From contig CAVSBL010000002.1 of the NCBI GenBank assembly GCA_963726255.1, positions 2,240,001-2,304,000 on the forward strand: 64,000 nucleotides of DNA, in the 5' to 3' direction. The notes beneath the pieces were generated by a model. It was not told the origin of the DNA and did not search any database. It saw only the letters and a program-made list of their open reading frames with translations. Shown one piece after another: positions 49,190 to 58,518 of this stretch. A program made the position numbers and the translations under genes. The DNA comes from Candidatus Bathyarchaeota archaeon. Lineage in GTDB: Archaea; Thermoproteota; Bathyarchaeia; 40CM-2-53-6. Within the stretch, counting starts at the first letter, position 1; the number at the start of each line of letters is the position of its first letter.

Positions 49190-50071
49190 CTACTGTGGTA
49201 GTCTCGGTGTTCTTCTCTGTTCGCGTTCGCAGTGGCCAAGCACGGCCTGCCCGAGCATTCTAGTGCTCAGGTACATCCCACCTATCAGAACTAGGATTGT
49301 GCCGACTACGAAATACAGTTGCGTGCTAGGTAGGATGACAAGGGCGGACGACCCTAGGCCTACGACGAGGGCGGAGAAGAAGAGGCCGGCGCACGTGGGG
49401 CATGCGGTGAATAATCCTGTGAAGGCGCCCAACCCCAGCAGCCCAGAGGCACCGCGGGGCCTGTTATGGTACTCACAGACGATTAAGGTTGCATTCAACC
49501 CCACCAGTGCGGACACCGCGGCAAGGATTAGGATGTTCGCTGGGATTACGAGCAGCCCAAGCTGGTTTGTCAGGAACACCGTTAGGACAGGTGTGAACGC
49601 TGTGCTGCCGCAGCATACCGCGATGACCGCGGATGGTGCTTGAATGAGATATTCCTGTGCAAAGTTTTCCATGGGGCGGTAGACAACGGTTCCAGAAACA
49701 ACCGCGAAGAATAGGCCATAGAGGAGGGTCGCCGCGACCATGATGCGTTTGTACCTTTCCTCGCTCAGGACTTTCGCGACGGCGAGCAATGTTGCTAGGC
49801 CAGAAACGCTTCCCGACCGAAGTTCGTTGAGAAATCGGTGAATGCCGAGGATCACAACGAGAATGCCACTTAGCGTGGAGGTGAGTACCAAGTAGGCTAG
49901 TGGTTCGAGCCGGGACAAACTCGAGTTGGAAAAGGTCGGAATTGAGTTCACGTACACTGAGTATGTTTGAAGCGGCAAGGCGATAAGCAATAACCCCAAG
50001 ATGGCCTCGCCTAAGCCAGGCCAATTAAGCCATAATGATCTTGCGGAATGAGACACGTGGTCTCCCTTCAC
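49190..50071 (-). CDS. Multi-pass membrane protein with CCG and CPTC motifs
   Basis: Several TM helices; VCCG and TACPTCAG. Confidence 0.75.
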   Translation of the reverse strand: MKGDHVSHSARSLWLNWPGLGEAILGLLLIALPLQTYSVYVNSIPTFSNSSLSRLEPLAYLVLTSTLSGILVVILGIHRFLNELRSGSVSGLATLLAVAKVLSEERYKRIMVAATLLYGLFFAVVSGTVVYRPMENFAQEYLIQAPSAVIAVCCGSTAFTPVLTVFLTNQLGLLVIPANILILAAVSALVGLNATLIVCEYHNRPRGASGLLGLGAFTGLFTACPTCAGLFFSALVVGLGSSALVILPSTQLYFVVGTILVLIGGMYLSTRMLGQAVLGHCEREQRRTPRLPQ

Positions 50072-50388
50072 TTCTTCATCTTACATGCTGGGGAGACGGA
50101 GTAGTGTATGTTGCGTGCTTCTTCTAATGCCTTCACATCAAACCCTTTGTCAGTCCTATAGATTACCGCATGGCATTTTCCACACTCGATCGCATCGGGT
50201 TCCTCAATCGGTGCCTGTTTTCCTGGGTTAGCCAGAAGAAGACCTCTGGGAGCAATTTGTTTCATTGGGCCTGAAAGCTCAGTCGAATCCTTCTTTGGAG
50301 CAGGTTTCCAGACTGAGCTCCCGCACCTCGGGCATTTCTGCCGATTCGTCTTCGCCGACCATCCGCATGACCCGCACAACCATTTCAT
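50068..50388 (-). CDS. Zinc-ribbon protein
   Basis: CGSCG...CPRCGS and CGKC...H....C; overlaps the next gene by 4 nt. Confidence 0.7.
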   Translation of the reverse strand: MKWLCGSCGWSAKTNRQKCPRCGSSVWKPAPKKDSTELSGPMKQIAPRGLLLANPGKQAPIEEPDAIECGKCHAVIYRTDKGFDVKALEEARNIHYSVSPACKMKK

Positions 50389-50732
50389 CTGGAAATTACC
50401 GCCTGTCTTGGTGCGAATCTATCGTTGCGTGTTGCATTAATCAAAAGGCGGAGCCCAGGACACACGAGAGAATTGATCGTTTGATGTGGGGATTTCACGT
50501 TTGCATTAACGTTGGGCAATATCCCCGACCCCAATTCAATTCCCGATGTCTTGTATCACAGGGCCACATTCCTTGTAGGTGGAAGATAAACGGCTCGTTA
50601 TGCGTGCCGCACCCGTCGAATTTCCACTAGGTGGAAAGGGCGTTGAGAAAGTGGAGTGGTGGTACCCACAGTTAAGCAGCGGGGGCTCGCATTAACCTCT
50701 CACGTGAAAAATGGGAAAGGAGGTGTCGATGT

Positions 50733-50834
50733 ATGCGGCAAAGAGTTTGGATGCCCAGCTACGTCTACTCCTACAACCCATGGTACGGATACTACCCGTC
50801 CCTAACCTGGCAGGAATACGAAGTAGACTACTAA
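50733..50834 (+). CDS. 33-aa Tyr/Trp-rich peptide (not in ORF track)
   Basis: GGAGGTG upstream; MRQRVWMPSYVYSYNPWYGYYPSLTWQEYEVDY; T-run downstream. Confidence 0.55.
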   Translation: MRQRVWMPSYVYSYNPWYGYYPSLTWQEYEVDY

Positions 50835-51049
50835 GCTGCAATCCGTTGGCAAAATCCCCTTTCCGATTTTTTCTTCCTATATTATCACTGAAGAACTATG
50901 AGTCGGCCCGAAGGTGGTGACAATCGCAATGGCGTATAGCACGATGCCAACAATCGCGTACGCAAATGCTGTGTAGTCTATCCTGACCAGGTCGGCCACC
51001 TATTGAACTCGAACAATTTCTCAGATTAATGTGATTATCGAATGGCCCA

Positions 51050-52309
51050 TTGTTTTCCCATGTGAAGCGCAACCAGCATAGTTCTTTATTGGTCGGAATC
51101 TCACAGCGGCGCCGAACTAGTTCCCGGGTAAGCGGATTGAGGCGCGTACTTGACCGCCGCGCGGTCATTTCACTGGTCCTTTCCAGGGCAGCCTATGCGA
51201 TCAATTGGTATAACGTTGCCGCGGTTTTCGCGTTCATAGCCTTTGACTACGGCCTGAACGTGTCGGGCCTGGGCATATTGACTGCAAGCTTCTACATTGG
51301 CTTGGGACTGTTTCAGATTCCGGGCGGAATAATTGCGGCGAAGCTCGGCCCTAGAAGAACTGCGATTTATGGAATGTTGTTATCTTCACTCGCAGTGTTG
51401 TTGACGGCGTTCACCTTTCAGTTCTACCAACTCGTACTCTTGAGATTCTTCGTCGGGGTCGGGATGGCCCTATTCTTTGGGCCAGGGGTCACGCTAATCG
51501 CGAAAGCATTCCGAAGGGAATCGCAGGGGCTTGGTGTTGGAACCTTCAACGGAGCTTTCTATGTTGGCGGCGCCGTTGGCCTCTTTGGATGGTCAGTTCT
51601 CGCTGACCTAACCGGCTGGCGGCTGAGCCTAGCTGCTAGCGGAGGACTGGGAATTCTGGGAGGCTTACTTCTCCTAGCCTACCTGCCTAAGGACGGTTTG
51701 CGTAAAGGATTCATTGTCAAAATGACGGACTTGAGAAAGGTTCTTTCAAACCGATCCTTATTCTTGCTCTCGTTCGAACTATTCGGGATAGGTAGCGGCC
51801 AAATTCTCATCAACACCTTCATGATTTACTACCTCGAACAATCCCTGAGGCTAGCGCCCGCCTCCGCAGGAATAATTGGGAGCCTAAGCCCGCTCTGCGC
51901 TATCCTCGCATCTCCACTCTTCGGCATCCTATACGACAAGACGAAAAGAACCCGTCTTCTTCTGTTCCTGCTTGGGACGGTGTTAGCAATTGCTGTTGCA
52001 ATAGCCTCGATAGGAAACATCTACTCCGCAATCGGCGCATCGCTAATTGCAGGTTCGAGCAGCGGCGCCTTCACGATCAGCTACTTGGCTGCCAGGAAGG
52101 TTCGCGCAGCGTCGGCGGAATATGAGACGCTTGCGGTGAGTTGGGTTAACACTATCCAAATGTTTGCAGGCTTCTGGTCCCCCGTCGCGTTCTCCCTCCT
52201 AGTCATATCATTCGGATACGGGACATCGTGGCTGGTTGGGGCAGCGTACACATTTCTCTTGATCTCAGCCATTCTCTTGGCAAAAGAGCGGCGTGGTACG
52301 GTAGCCTAG
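51050..52309 (+). CDS. MFS transporter
   Basis: QIPGGIIAAKLGPRR, GILYDKTKR, about 12 TM; start likely downstream near 51137. Confidence 0.9.
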   Translation: MFSHVKRNQHSSLLVGISQRRRTSSRVSGLRRVLDRRAVISLVLSRAAYAINWYNVAAVFAFIAFDYGLNVSGLGILTASFYIGLGLFQIPGGIIAAKLGPRRTAIYGMLLSSLAVLLTAFTFQFYQLVLLRFFVGVGMALFFGPGVTLIAKAFRRESQGLGVGTFNGAFYVGGAVGLFGWSVLADLTGWRLSLAASGGLGILGGLLLLAYLPKDGLRKGFIVKMTDLRKVLSNRSLFLLSFELFGIGSGQILINTFMIYYLEQSLRLAPASAGIIGSLSPLCAILASPLFGILYDKTKRTRLLLFLLGTVLAIAVAIASIGNIYSAIGASLIAGSSSGAFTISYLAARKVRAASAEYETLAVSWVNTIQMFAGFWSPVAFSLLVISFGYGTSWLVGAAYTFLLISAILLAKERRGTVA

Positions 52310-53070
52310 TTCCTTTCTGTCAATTCCAGGAACTTGCCCAAGTACTCCTTGAGAAGCCTACGGTAACCATCCTCAGTGATGTCTTCGTTCAAGTTCGTCA
52401 TCAGATTCATGAAATATGGGAACTGGCTAGAGGCCGTCACAGGCAATTGAGGTAGGAGCCTCTCGTTCGATGCTTGGGCTCTGCCGCCAACGTCCGATAT
52501 TCTATGCCTCTTCATTTGAGCGAGTGCTCGCGCATTGTTTGCCATCATGGCCGCGTTAACCCATCTATCCTTCTTTGGGTCAGTGTATTTCACTGGTTCA
52601 TCTTTGACCCAACTCTGTAGGAAAGTGCTCAACTGGCCGTTCGGAAGGAAGCGGCCATCCCGGAAGACCTTCATCGCGATGTCGTCGGCATACAGGTCTT
52701 GAATGTTGTTTACAAGTTCGCCGATTATTCTCCGCTGGTATTCCTTTGAGAGGCGTTGCTTCGCCAGGCCGTTGACCACTTCTTCTATGATGCGGTGGTT
52801 GTGCGAGGGGTGATTAGTCTGCATTCGGTATACGTGGGACATTTCGTGCACCAGGAGCCCTTCAAGCATTCCTGACTCGACGGCCATTCCGGACACGACT
52901 ATCCTGAAGCCGTCACCTTGGGGAACCGTATACCCCATGAATGGAAGTTGCGGGTCAACGGCAACCTCCACGATATTGCCAACATCAAACCCAGACTTTC
53001 GCATCATGCCCATGGCGTTCTGATGGGCTTCCCTCACTCGCTCAACAGTAGCTTCGTTCTTTGCCAGCAT
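52306..53070 (-). CDS. HExxH zincin-like protein (DUF5781-like)
   Basis: VDPQLPFMGYT, LLVHEMSHVYRMQTNHPSH, QDLYADD. Confidence 0.7.
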   Translation of the reverse strand: MLAKNEATVERVREAHQNAMGMMRKSGFDVGNIVEVAVDPQLPFMGYTVPQGDGFRIVVSGMAVESGMLEGLLVHEMSHVYRMQTNHPSHNHRIIEEVVNGLAKQRLSKEYQRRIIGELVNNIQDLYADDIAMKVFRDGRFLPNGQLSTFLQSWVKDEPVKYTDPKKDRWVNAAMMANNARALAQMKRHRISDVGGRAQASNERLLPQLPVTASSQFPYFMNLMTNLNEDITEDGYRRLLKEYLGKFLELTERN

Positions 53071-53144
53071 TGTCAGTCGTGTGCAAGCTCCAACCTTAAG
53101 ACAGAGATAAATTGTAACGGTCTCCAGTTACGCATGAAGCTACG

Positions 53145-53639
53145 ATGTTTGCGATTTTTGAGCTCTACGATTATGCATCCCGCGTTCGGCGTAGGTTTGC
53201 GGATAGGCTTGCAGAATTGCCGTGGGAGACGTTGGAGAGGAATAGGGAGGCGAGTTTCTACAGCATGAAGAACATACTCCTGCATATGGTGGATAATGAG
53301 GATTGGATCGTCAACTGGGTCATACCCGGCCGGGGTGGTGATTACGTGCGCCGGAAGTGGGTTGAGTACACGAGCATTGGAATGGTGCTGGCGCATCTAG
53401 AGGAAGTTGAGAAGAAGACTCGAGCCTGGTTGGCGGGCATAGATGAGGACGGTTTGAGGCGGAAGGTGAGGTTCACTCTCTCCTCCGGAAACGAGTTCGA
53501 ACTCGTGATTGAGGAATATCTTCTCCAATCCTTCACCGAGCAACTATACCATATGGGTGAACTAACCGCGTTAATGTGGCAGGAAAACATCGAGCCGCCT
53601 AAGATGCAGTGGTTCTGGAACAACCCAAGAAGCAGCTAG
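53145..53639 (+). CDS. DinB/YfiT family protein
   Basis: SMKNILLHMVDNEDW, EQLYHMGEL. Confidence 0.8.
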   Translation: MFAIFELYDYASRVRRRFADRLAELPWETLERNREASFYSMKNILLHMVDNEDWIVNWVIPGRGGDYVRRKWVEYTSIGMVLAHLEEVEKKTRAWLAGIDEDGLRRKVRFTLSSGNEFELVIEEYLLQSFTEQLYHMGELTALMWQENIEPPKMQWFWNNPRSS

Positions 53640-53774
53640 ACGAGGCAACACGCTGCCACATGATTTCTGCTTGGTAGAAATGTGGAACATTCCCCATTTG
53701 CGCTTTTTTCTCCAAGCCCCGTTAAATACGTTGACGGGTAAGGTGTCGGTGTTGAAGGCTGGAGGTGAGTCAAG

Positions 53775-53861
53775 ATGGCGAAGAAACGCAAAGTCAAGAT
53801 GAAGCTTGCAGAAAGTGGTCACGTTAAATCTGAAACCGGTCAAACCGAATACGTAGCATAA
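53775..53861 (+). CDS. 28-aa small protein (not in ORF track)
   Basis: GTTAAATA (53721-53728), GGAGGTGA (53761-53768), MAKKRKVKMKLAESGHVKSETGQTEYVA, then a hairpin and T-run. Confidence 0.6.
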   Translation: MAKKRKVKMKLAESGHVKSETGQTEYVA

Positions 53862-53916
53862 GAGGGCTATAGTCTGCGGGACTGTTAATCCCGCCCTCTC
53901 CTCAGTTTTCTTTTTC
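53861..53916 (+). terminator. Hairpin plus oligo-T terminator
   Basis: AGAGG...GCGGGA-CTGTTAA-TCCCGC-CCTCT followed by TTTTCTTTTTT. Confidence 0.6.
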
Positions 53917-53994
53917 GAATAATCTGCTTCTGGTGAAAGTCTTACCTTCTAGTGGGTGGCCGTTAATCACAGCCGCTTTGCGGGTGTAGGGGAC

Positions 53995-55059
53995 CTAGAT
54001 TCGAGAGTAAATGTTGGAGGCCTGTGTTCCCTTGCTTTGAATTTCCTGCTCTATCTGCCTGAGCAGGAGTATTCGCTTGTATGTGGGTGGGTGCGTGGCG
54101 AAAGCTTCGTTGATGGACCGCCAGTGGGACTTCGCCTCCTGTTCCATCGCTAATTCAAGCTCATGCTCATCCAGTACACCGTTGTGATCGAGATCGTACC
54201 GACTCTTCTGTTCCAGAATCTCAGCGACCTCCTGCTTCGCTAGTGCAGGGTCCGCGATGAATAGGGCCCGGGCGCCGTGGGTGTCCTGCGGGGCAAGAGA
54301 AAGGCCGTACGTTATTCTAGTGAGGGCGCTTTCGAGGCTTCTAGGCGATTGCGTAAGGTATGCTGAGAAAACATCCGCGAAGCTTTCCCTAAGCCTGCTC
54401 AAGCGCAGGACTAGGAGTTGGGATATGAAATAGACGACTAAGGCAACTATGCCAGCCAAAACAATGTATCCAACTCCACTCTCCCGTTCCCCCCTCCTTC
54501 CGCCGCCTCCATAGACCTGGAAGCCAAACGCCGACCGAACTATCACGTATGCGATTAGTGGAATCGCGGACATGAATGTCATCACGATCGAGTCCTTGTG
54601 TCGAACATGACCAAGCTCGTGTGCAATGACTCCGTGAATCTCATCTTCGCTCAGCTGCGTTAACAGGCCTTGGTTGACGGCCAGGGTCATGTTCGATGAG
54701 GAGTTGCCGAAGACGAAAGCGTTAGGCGTCTGGTCGGGAACAATAGCTAGACGTGGCTGCTTCACGCCCGCCTCTTGGGCCAGCTTACTGACGGTCTGTT
54801 CTAGCCAAGCATTCTCGCCCGGCTTCAGGTAACGCAGCCGGGTCGTTAACCGAACAATATACGGGCTAATAGCGAATTCAATCAGCATGAAAATCACCGC
54901 CAGAACAAGTCCCCCGAACAATATGCCAGCAGGGGAAAAGTCGACGCCGACAGCAGCGCTGATGAAGAGGGAGACGACAGCTATGAAACCGATGAAAATG
55001 AAGAGCGTAATGATTACCGTGAAGTACATGGTGCCTTTCAGCTGCCCAAGGTTCGCCAA
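53995..55059 (-). CDS. htpX: HtpX family (M48) membrane zinc protease with EF-hand-like insert
   Basis: PNAFVFG, AHELGH, SRLRESFAD, THPP; insert DLDHNGVLDEHE. Confidence 0.88.
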   Translation of the reverse strand: MANLGQLKGTMYFTVIITLFIFIGFIAVVSLFISAAVGVDFSPAGILFGGLVLAVIFMLIEFAISPYIVRLTTRLRYLKPGENAWLEQTVSKLAQEAGVKQPRLAIVPDQTPNAFVFGNSSSNMTLAVNQGLLTQLSEDEIHGVIAHELGHVRHKDSIVMTFMSAIPLIAYVIVRSAFGFQVYGGGGRRGERESGVGYIVLAGIVALVVYFISQLLVLRLSRLRESFADVFSAYLTQSPRSLESALTRITYGLSLAPQDTHGARALFIADPALAKQEVAEILEQKSRYDLDHNGVLDEHELELAMEQEAKSHWRSINEAFATHPPTYKRILLLRQIEQEIQSKGTQASNIYSRI

Positions 55060-55148
55060 CGATTACCACGACTCAAACTTCGAGTTCGCATGCGAGAAGG
55101 AATAGAGACATTAAAGATTAGCTACCGTAATCCCGCAGTAGATTAGAC

Positions 55149-55904
55149 TTGGTCGCGGTCACGAAGGAAATAGCTTGCTCGCACTGCGCGGCACCCCTAC
55201 AGGTACAGCCTGGCGAGATTCTCGTAACATGCAGGTATTGCGGGTTCACAAGCTTCATTGAAACCGGTAAAGCGTTCGAGTTCGAGCATTCGCTCATCCT
55301 CAACTCCATCCAGGGGCCACAGGTTTTCAAGCTGGTTCAAAGCTGGATGGCCAGCAGCTTCATCGCGTCAAAGGACCTTCAGAAGAAATCAACCCTGGCC
55401 GAACAGAACCTGACCTACCTACCCATCTGGGTAGTCAGCGCCGAAGCCCAAACACATTACAAGGGAATCATAGAGCGCATCGCTCCACCCGTGCAGCAAG
55501 AAGGAGACATCTCAGACGAGTACGACTGGCTGGTGCTGGCTAGGAGGCAGACCGACTTTCCCACCCGCTCATACCACCTCTCGCTCGCCGGGAAAATCCC
55601 CTTCGACGCCGCCAGAATAGAAAGCGGCGCTAAGGTCTTGAACAGCGAGATGGATGCCGACGAGGCCGCCAGGCAAGCTCGGGACGAAATCGTGCACCTC
55701 CATGAGTACCTTGCCAAGGAGAAAATCGACAGAGTGGAGGACATTAAGACCACGTTCAACGTCACCAGCAATCTCTACCTCCACGCCCCCGTTTGGTTTG
55801 TAACCTACGTCTACAAGAACTCCCGATACCAAGTCCTGTTAGATGGCTCCTCATCGGAAGTTATCAAAGGTGACATGCCAAGTTCCGACTTCAAACTAAT
55901 GTAA
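55149..55904 (+). CDS. Zn-ribbon protein (YdjG-like)
   Basis: CSHCAAPL...CRYCG, YLPIW, LHAPVW..Y.Y...Y.VLLDG. Confidence 0.75.
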   Translation: MVAVTKEIACSHCAAPLQVQPGEILVTCRYCGFTSFIETGKAFEFEHSLILNSIQGPQVFKLVQSWMASSFIASKDLQKKSTLAEQNLTYLPIWVVSAEAQTHYKGIIERIAPPVQQEGDISDEYDWLVLARRQTDFPTRSYHLSLAGKIPFDAARIESGAKVLNSEMDADEAARQARDEIVHLHEYLAKEKIDRVEDIKTTFNVTSNLYLHAPVWFVTYVYKNSRYQVLLDGSSSEVIKGDMPSSDFKLM

Positions 55905-55967
55905 GCCAATTCAGGCACGATTAATCCTTAAGAGCAAAAGCAGCTCTGTGGATTGTAGAGAACTTCC

Positions 55968-56504
55968 ATGGCCGCAAAGACACCCCTCGAACGAGTTCAG
56001 GAAAGCGACAGGCCCCTAGAACGCATAATGCTTCAGCTCCCCGGCTTCCGCGGGTACAAGGTTAGGGAGGAACGAAGGGAAGCCGACAGGATCCTGAGGG
56101 ACTACGTTTACCGTGCCCTCAAGGGCGCCCGAGACGACCTCATGGTCTGCTTCCAGCTCCTCAACAACGCTGGCACCCCAGAATTAATGGAGCCAACTAA
56201 CCAGCTCATCGCAAAGTTGGACCGAGTTGCTGAGAAGGTAAACCGTGCCTCATACGGGTACAGCGGGTTCTTTGACTCGGTGCGCATCGAAGTCCCTCAG
56301 CTGGATCAGATGGTGGCTTGCGACACGCAAATGATGGATACTGCACGGAAGTTGGCTGATTCAATTTCTAGTTTCAAAACGCAACTTAGCCAGGGGAAAC
56401 TCGAAGATACACGGAACACGGAGAATGCTCTTGACGCTTCGATTTCACAACTTGAAGCAACGTTTGACAAACGCAAGCAAGTGATTGAAGGAGTGGCCGT
56501 CTAA
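55968..56504 (+). CDS. Conserved helical hypothetical protein
   Basis: LPGFRGYKVREERREAD, ASYGYSGFFD; stop overlaps the SPFH start (TAATG). Confidence 0.75.
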   Translation: MAAKTPLERVQESDRPLERIMLQLPGFRGYKVREERREADRILRDYVYRALKGARDDLMVCFQLLNNAGTPELMEPTNQLIAKLDRVAEKVNRASYGYSGFFDSVRIEVPQLDQMVACDTQMMDTARKLADSISSFKTQLSQGKLEDTRNTENALDASISQLEATFDKRKQVIEGVAV

Positions 56505-57490
56505 TGCCGCAAGTTATCGAGTGGGTCAACGCGGGGCCCGACGACCTAGTGTACCGTTACCCTGACGAGAACATAGTTTGGGGAGCGCAACTAATCGTTC
56601 ACGAGTACGAGTACGCTGTCTTCTTCCGCGACGGCAAAAGCTACGATACCCTAGGCCCGGGTAGGCATACGTTAACAACACTGAACCTTCCCTTGATCAC
56701 AAAGGTTCTGCAAAAAATCGCTGGGTTTCAGCAGACACCCTTCAAGGCGAACGTAATCTTCGTTTCCAACAAGCAGTTCGCCGGGAAATTCGGGAATAGG
56801 GCCCAGACAACCGAACTCGCACCGCTCATGACCTTCGGTTCCTTCTGGTTTAGGGTCGAAGATGCTTCATTATTCGTGAATGAGGTTGTGGGCGGGCAGA
56901 ACGCGTACACGACTGCGGATGTTAACAATTTCCTACGAGGGTTCGTTAACGAAAAAATGATAGACACCCTCTCCAAGTACGACCTCCAGACAGTATTCAC
57001 AAAGCTTGACGAGACGTCGAATGACGTCAAAGCCAACCTTGTTGACTACTTCAAACGAATCGGGGTCCAGATGATCGACCTCAAATTCGAAGGAATCGAC
57101 ACAACGCCCGAATTCCGGGACAGGTTGTTCTGGTTGAAAACAGGCCGCGTCTCACCTGACGAAGTGATTAGAATGGAGACTGTGAAGGACGCTGCCGCGT
57201 CTCTAGGTGAATCTACAGAGGGGGGTGCGGCCTTCGGCGCCGGCATGGTTCTCGTGCCGCCATTATTCCAAACCGCCGGCGGGACGGCCCCTGCGGTGGC
57301 GCTGGTTGTCTGCCCGAACTGCCAGGCACATATCCCGTCAACATCAAAGTTCTGCCCCAACTGTGGCACAAACATAACCGGTTCCGAAACACAGCCTGCC
57401 CCTGCACCTGGAAAGAAATGTCCAAAGTGCAACAGCATCGCATCTGCAGGCGCCACGTTCTGCCAAAACTGCGGCGCGAAACTAACCTAA
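56504..57490 (+). CDS. SPFH/band-7 protein with C-terminal double zinc ribbons (YdjI-like)
   Basis: QLIVHEYEYAVFFRDG, GPGRHTLTT.NLP; CPNC..FCPNCG and CPKC..FCQNCG. Confidence 0.88.
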   Translation: MPQVIEWVNAGPDDLVYRYPDENIVWGAQLIVHEYEYAVFFRDGKSYDTLGPGRHTLTTLNLPLITKVLQKIAGFQQTPFKANVIFVSNKQFAGKFGNRAQTTELAPLMTFGSFWFRVEDASLFVNEVVGGQNAYTTADVNNFLRGFVNEKMIDTLSKYDLQTVFTKLDETSNDVKANLVDYFKRIGVQMIDLKFEGIDTTPEFRDRLFWLKTGRVSPDEVIRMETVKDAAASLGESTEGGAAFGAGMVLVPPLFQTAGGTAPAVALVVCPNCQAHIPSTSKFCPNCGTNITGSETQPAPAPGKKCPKCNSIASAGATFCQNCGAKLT

Positions 57491-57606
57491 CCTTTCCTAA
57501 CGGGATACAAACCGAAAAGCGCACCGAACCAGTACAAAACTCGCAAGTACTCCATCAGCGGACCAAATCCGAAGTCTTATTTTCTCAATTTAAGCACTGT
57601 TTGCTC

Positions 57607-57771
57607 ATGGCAAGACGGAGAAGAAGACGTAGTCGCAGGAAACGCAGAGTCAGAAGACGGAAAACCAGTCCCGGAAGAAAAGCCAAGCGAATAATGCGTA
57701 AACATGCGAAGCACGCGCGGCGCAAAATCGGGAAACGCCTACTCGGATTAGGAAGAAAGCTCGCTAAGTAA
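57607..57771 (+). CDS. 54-aa Arg/Lys-rich protamine-like protein
   Basis: MARRRRRRSRRKRRVRRRK...; 30/54 residues K or R, no acidic residues, all six Arg codons used. Confidence 0.65.
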   Translation: MARRRRRRSRRKRRVRRRKTSPGRKAKRIMRKHAKHARRKIGKRLLGLGRKLAK

Positions 57772-57998
57772 ACAATTCGCGCAACTATTCATGGTTCTCA
57801 AAGCCGCAGTCCTCCGGCGGCCTAGACGAGCAAAACCGCTCCAAGCAAGAGGCCATAAGGCAAAGTTGAATCAACATAACTCGAACCGTCGTTTGTTGAG
57901 TAACGGACCGCTTCGAACGTCCGACACTGGCTCATATTGAAAAATAGAGGGGATAAGCCGGAATGGTCCGGCCCATCAAGTTGGATTCGGAGACGTGT

Positions 57999-58445
57999 TT
58001 ACTTGAATTTCTGAAGGTTGGCGTTGTCTTCGTTGAAGACCATGTCGAGCATAGCCAAGACTGATTTCTTAGTTGAAGCATCATCCAAGCCTTGCGCAAT
58101 GAATTCGCCTTCAACTACAACCTTTGTCTTCTGACCCATTGCGGTGTAGGTGTGCGTATGCTTCGTTCCTTTCATTGGACCAGCGAGCACTTCGGTATAC
58201 ATTGATGTAGGCGGGTTCATGGTGATCTTCCATGCCTCCGTGTACGTTGTTCCGTCGGGGCGCTTGACCTCGAGGTCGAGAGTCACTCCCTTTTCGGTTT
58301 GGTCGCGCATGCCGGTTACTTTGACTAAGCTGTGGGAGTGTTCGTCGTCGTTGATGTATCTCCAGATTTTTTCGACTGGGGCGTCGAAGACGCCTTCGTC
58401 TCTTATGTGAACCATTTTCTGTCCCCCGACTATAACATATGACAT
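57999..58445 (-). CDS. SRPBCC (START-like) family protein
   Basis: FDAPVEKIWRY, EVLAGPMKGT, TKVVVEG; start likely ATG 58415. Confidence 0.75.
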   Translation of the reverse strand: MSYVIVGGQKMVHIRDEGVFDAPVEKIWRYINDDEHSHSLVKVTGMRDQTEKGVTLDLEVKRPDGTTYTEAWKITMNPPTSMYTEVLAGPMKGTKHTHTYTAMGQKTKVVVEGEFIAQGLDDASTKKSVLAMLDMVFNEDNANLQKFK

Positions 58446-58518
58446 GCATTTAACTGTTCTAAATCCGTCTAGCTGCCCGCGTCACTATTGTCAAGGACAC
58501 TTTGAACCGTTGGGTAGT

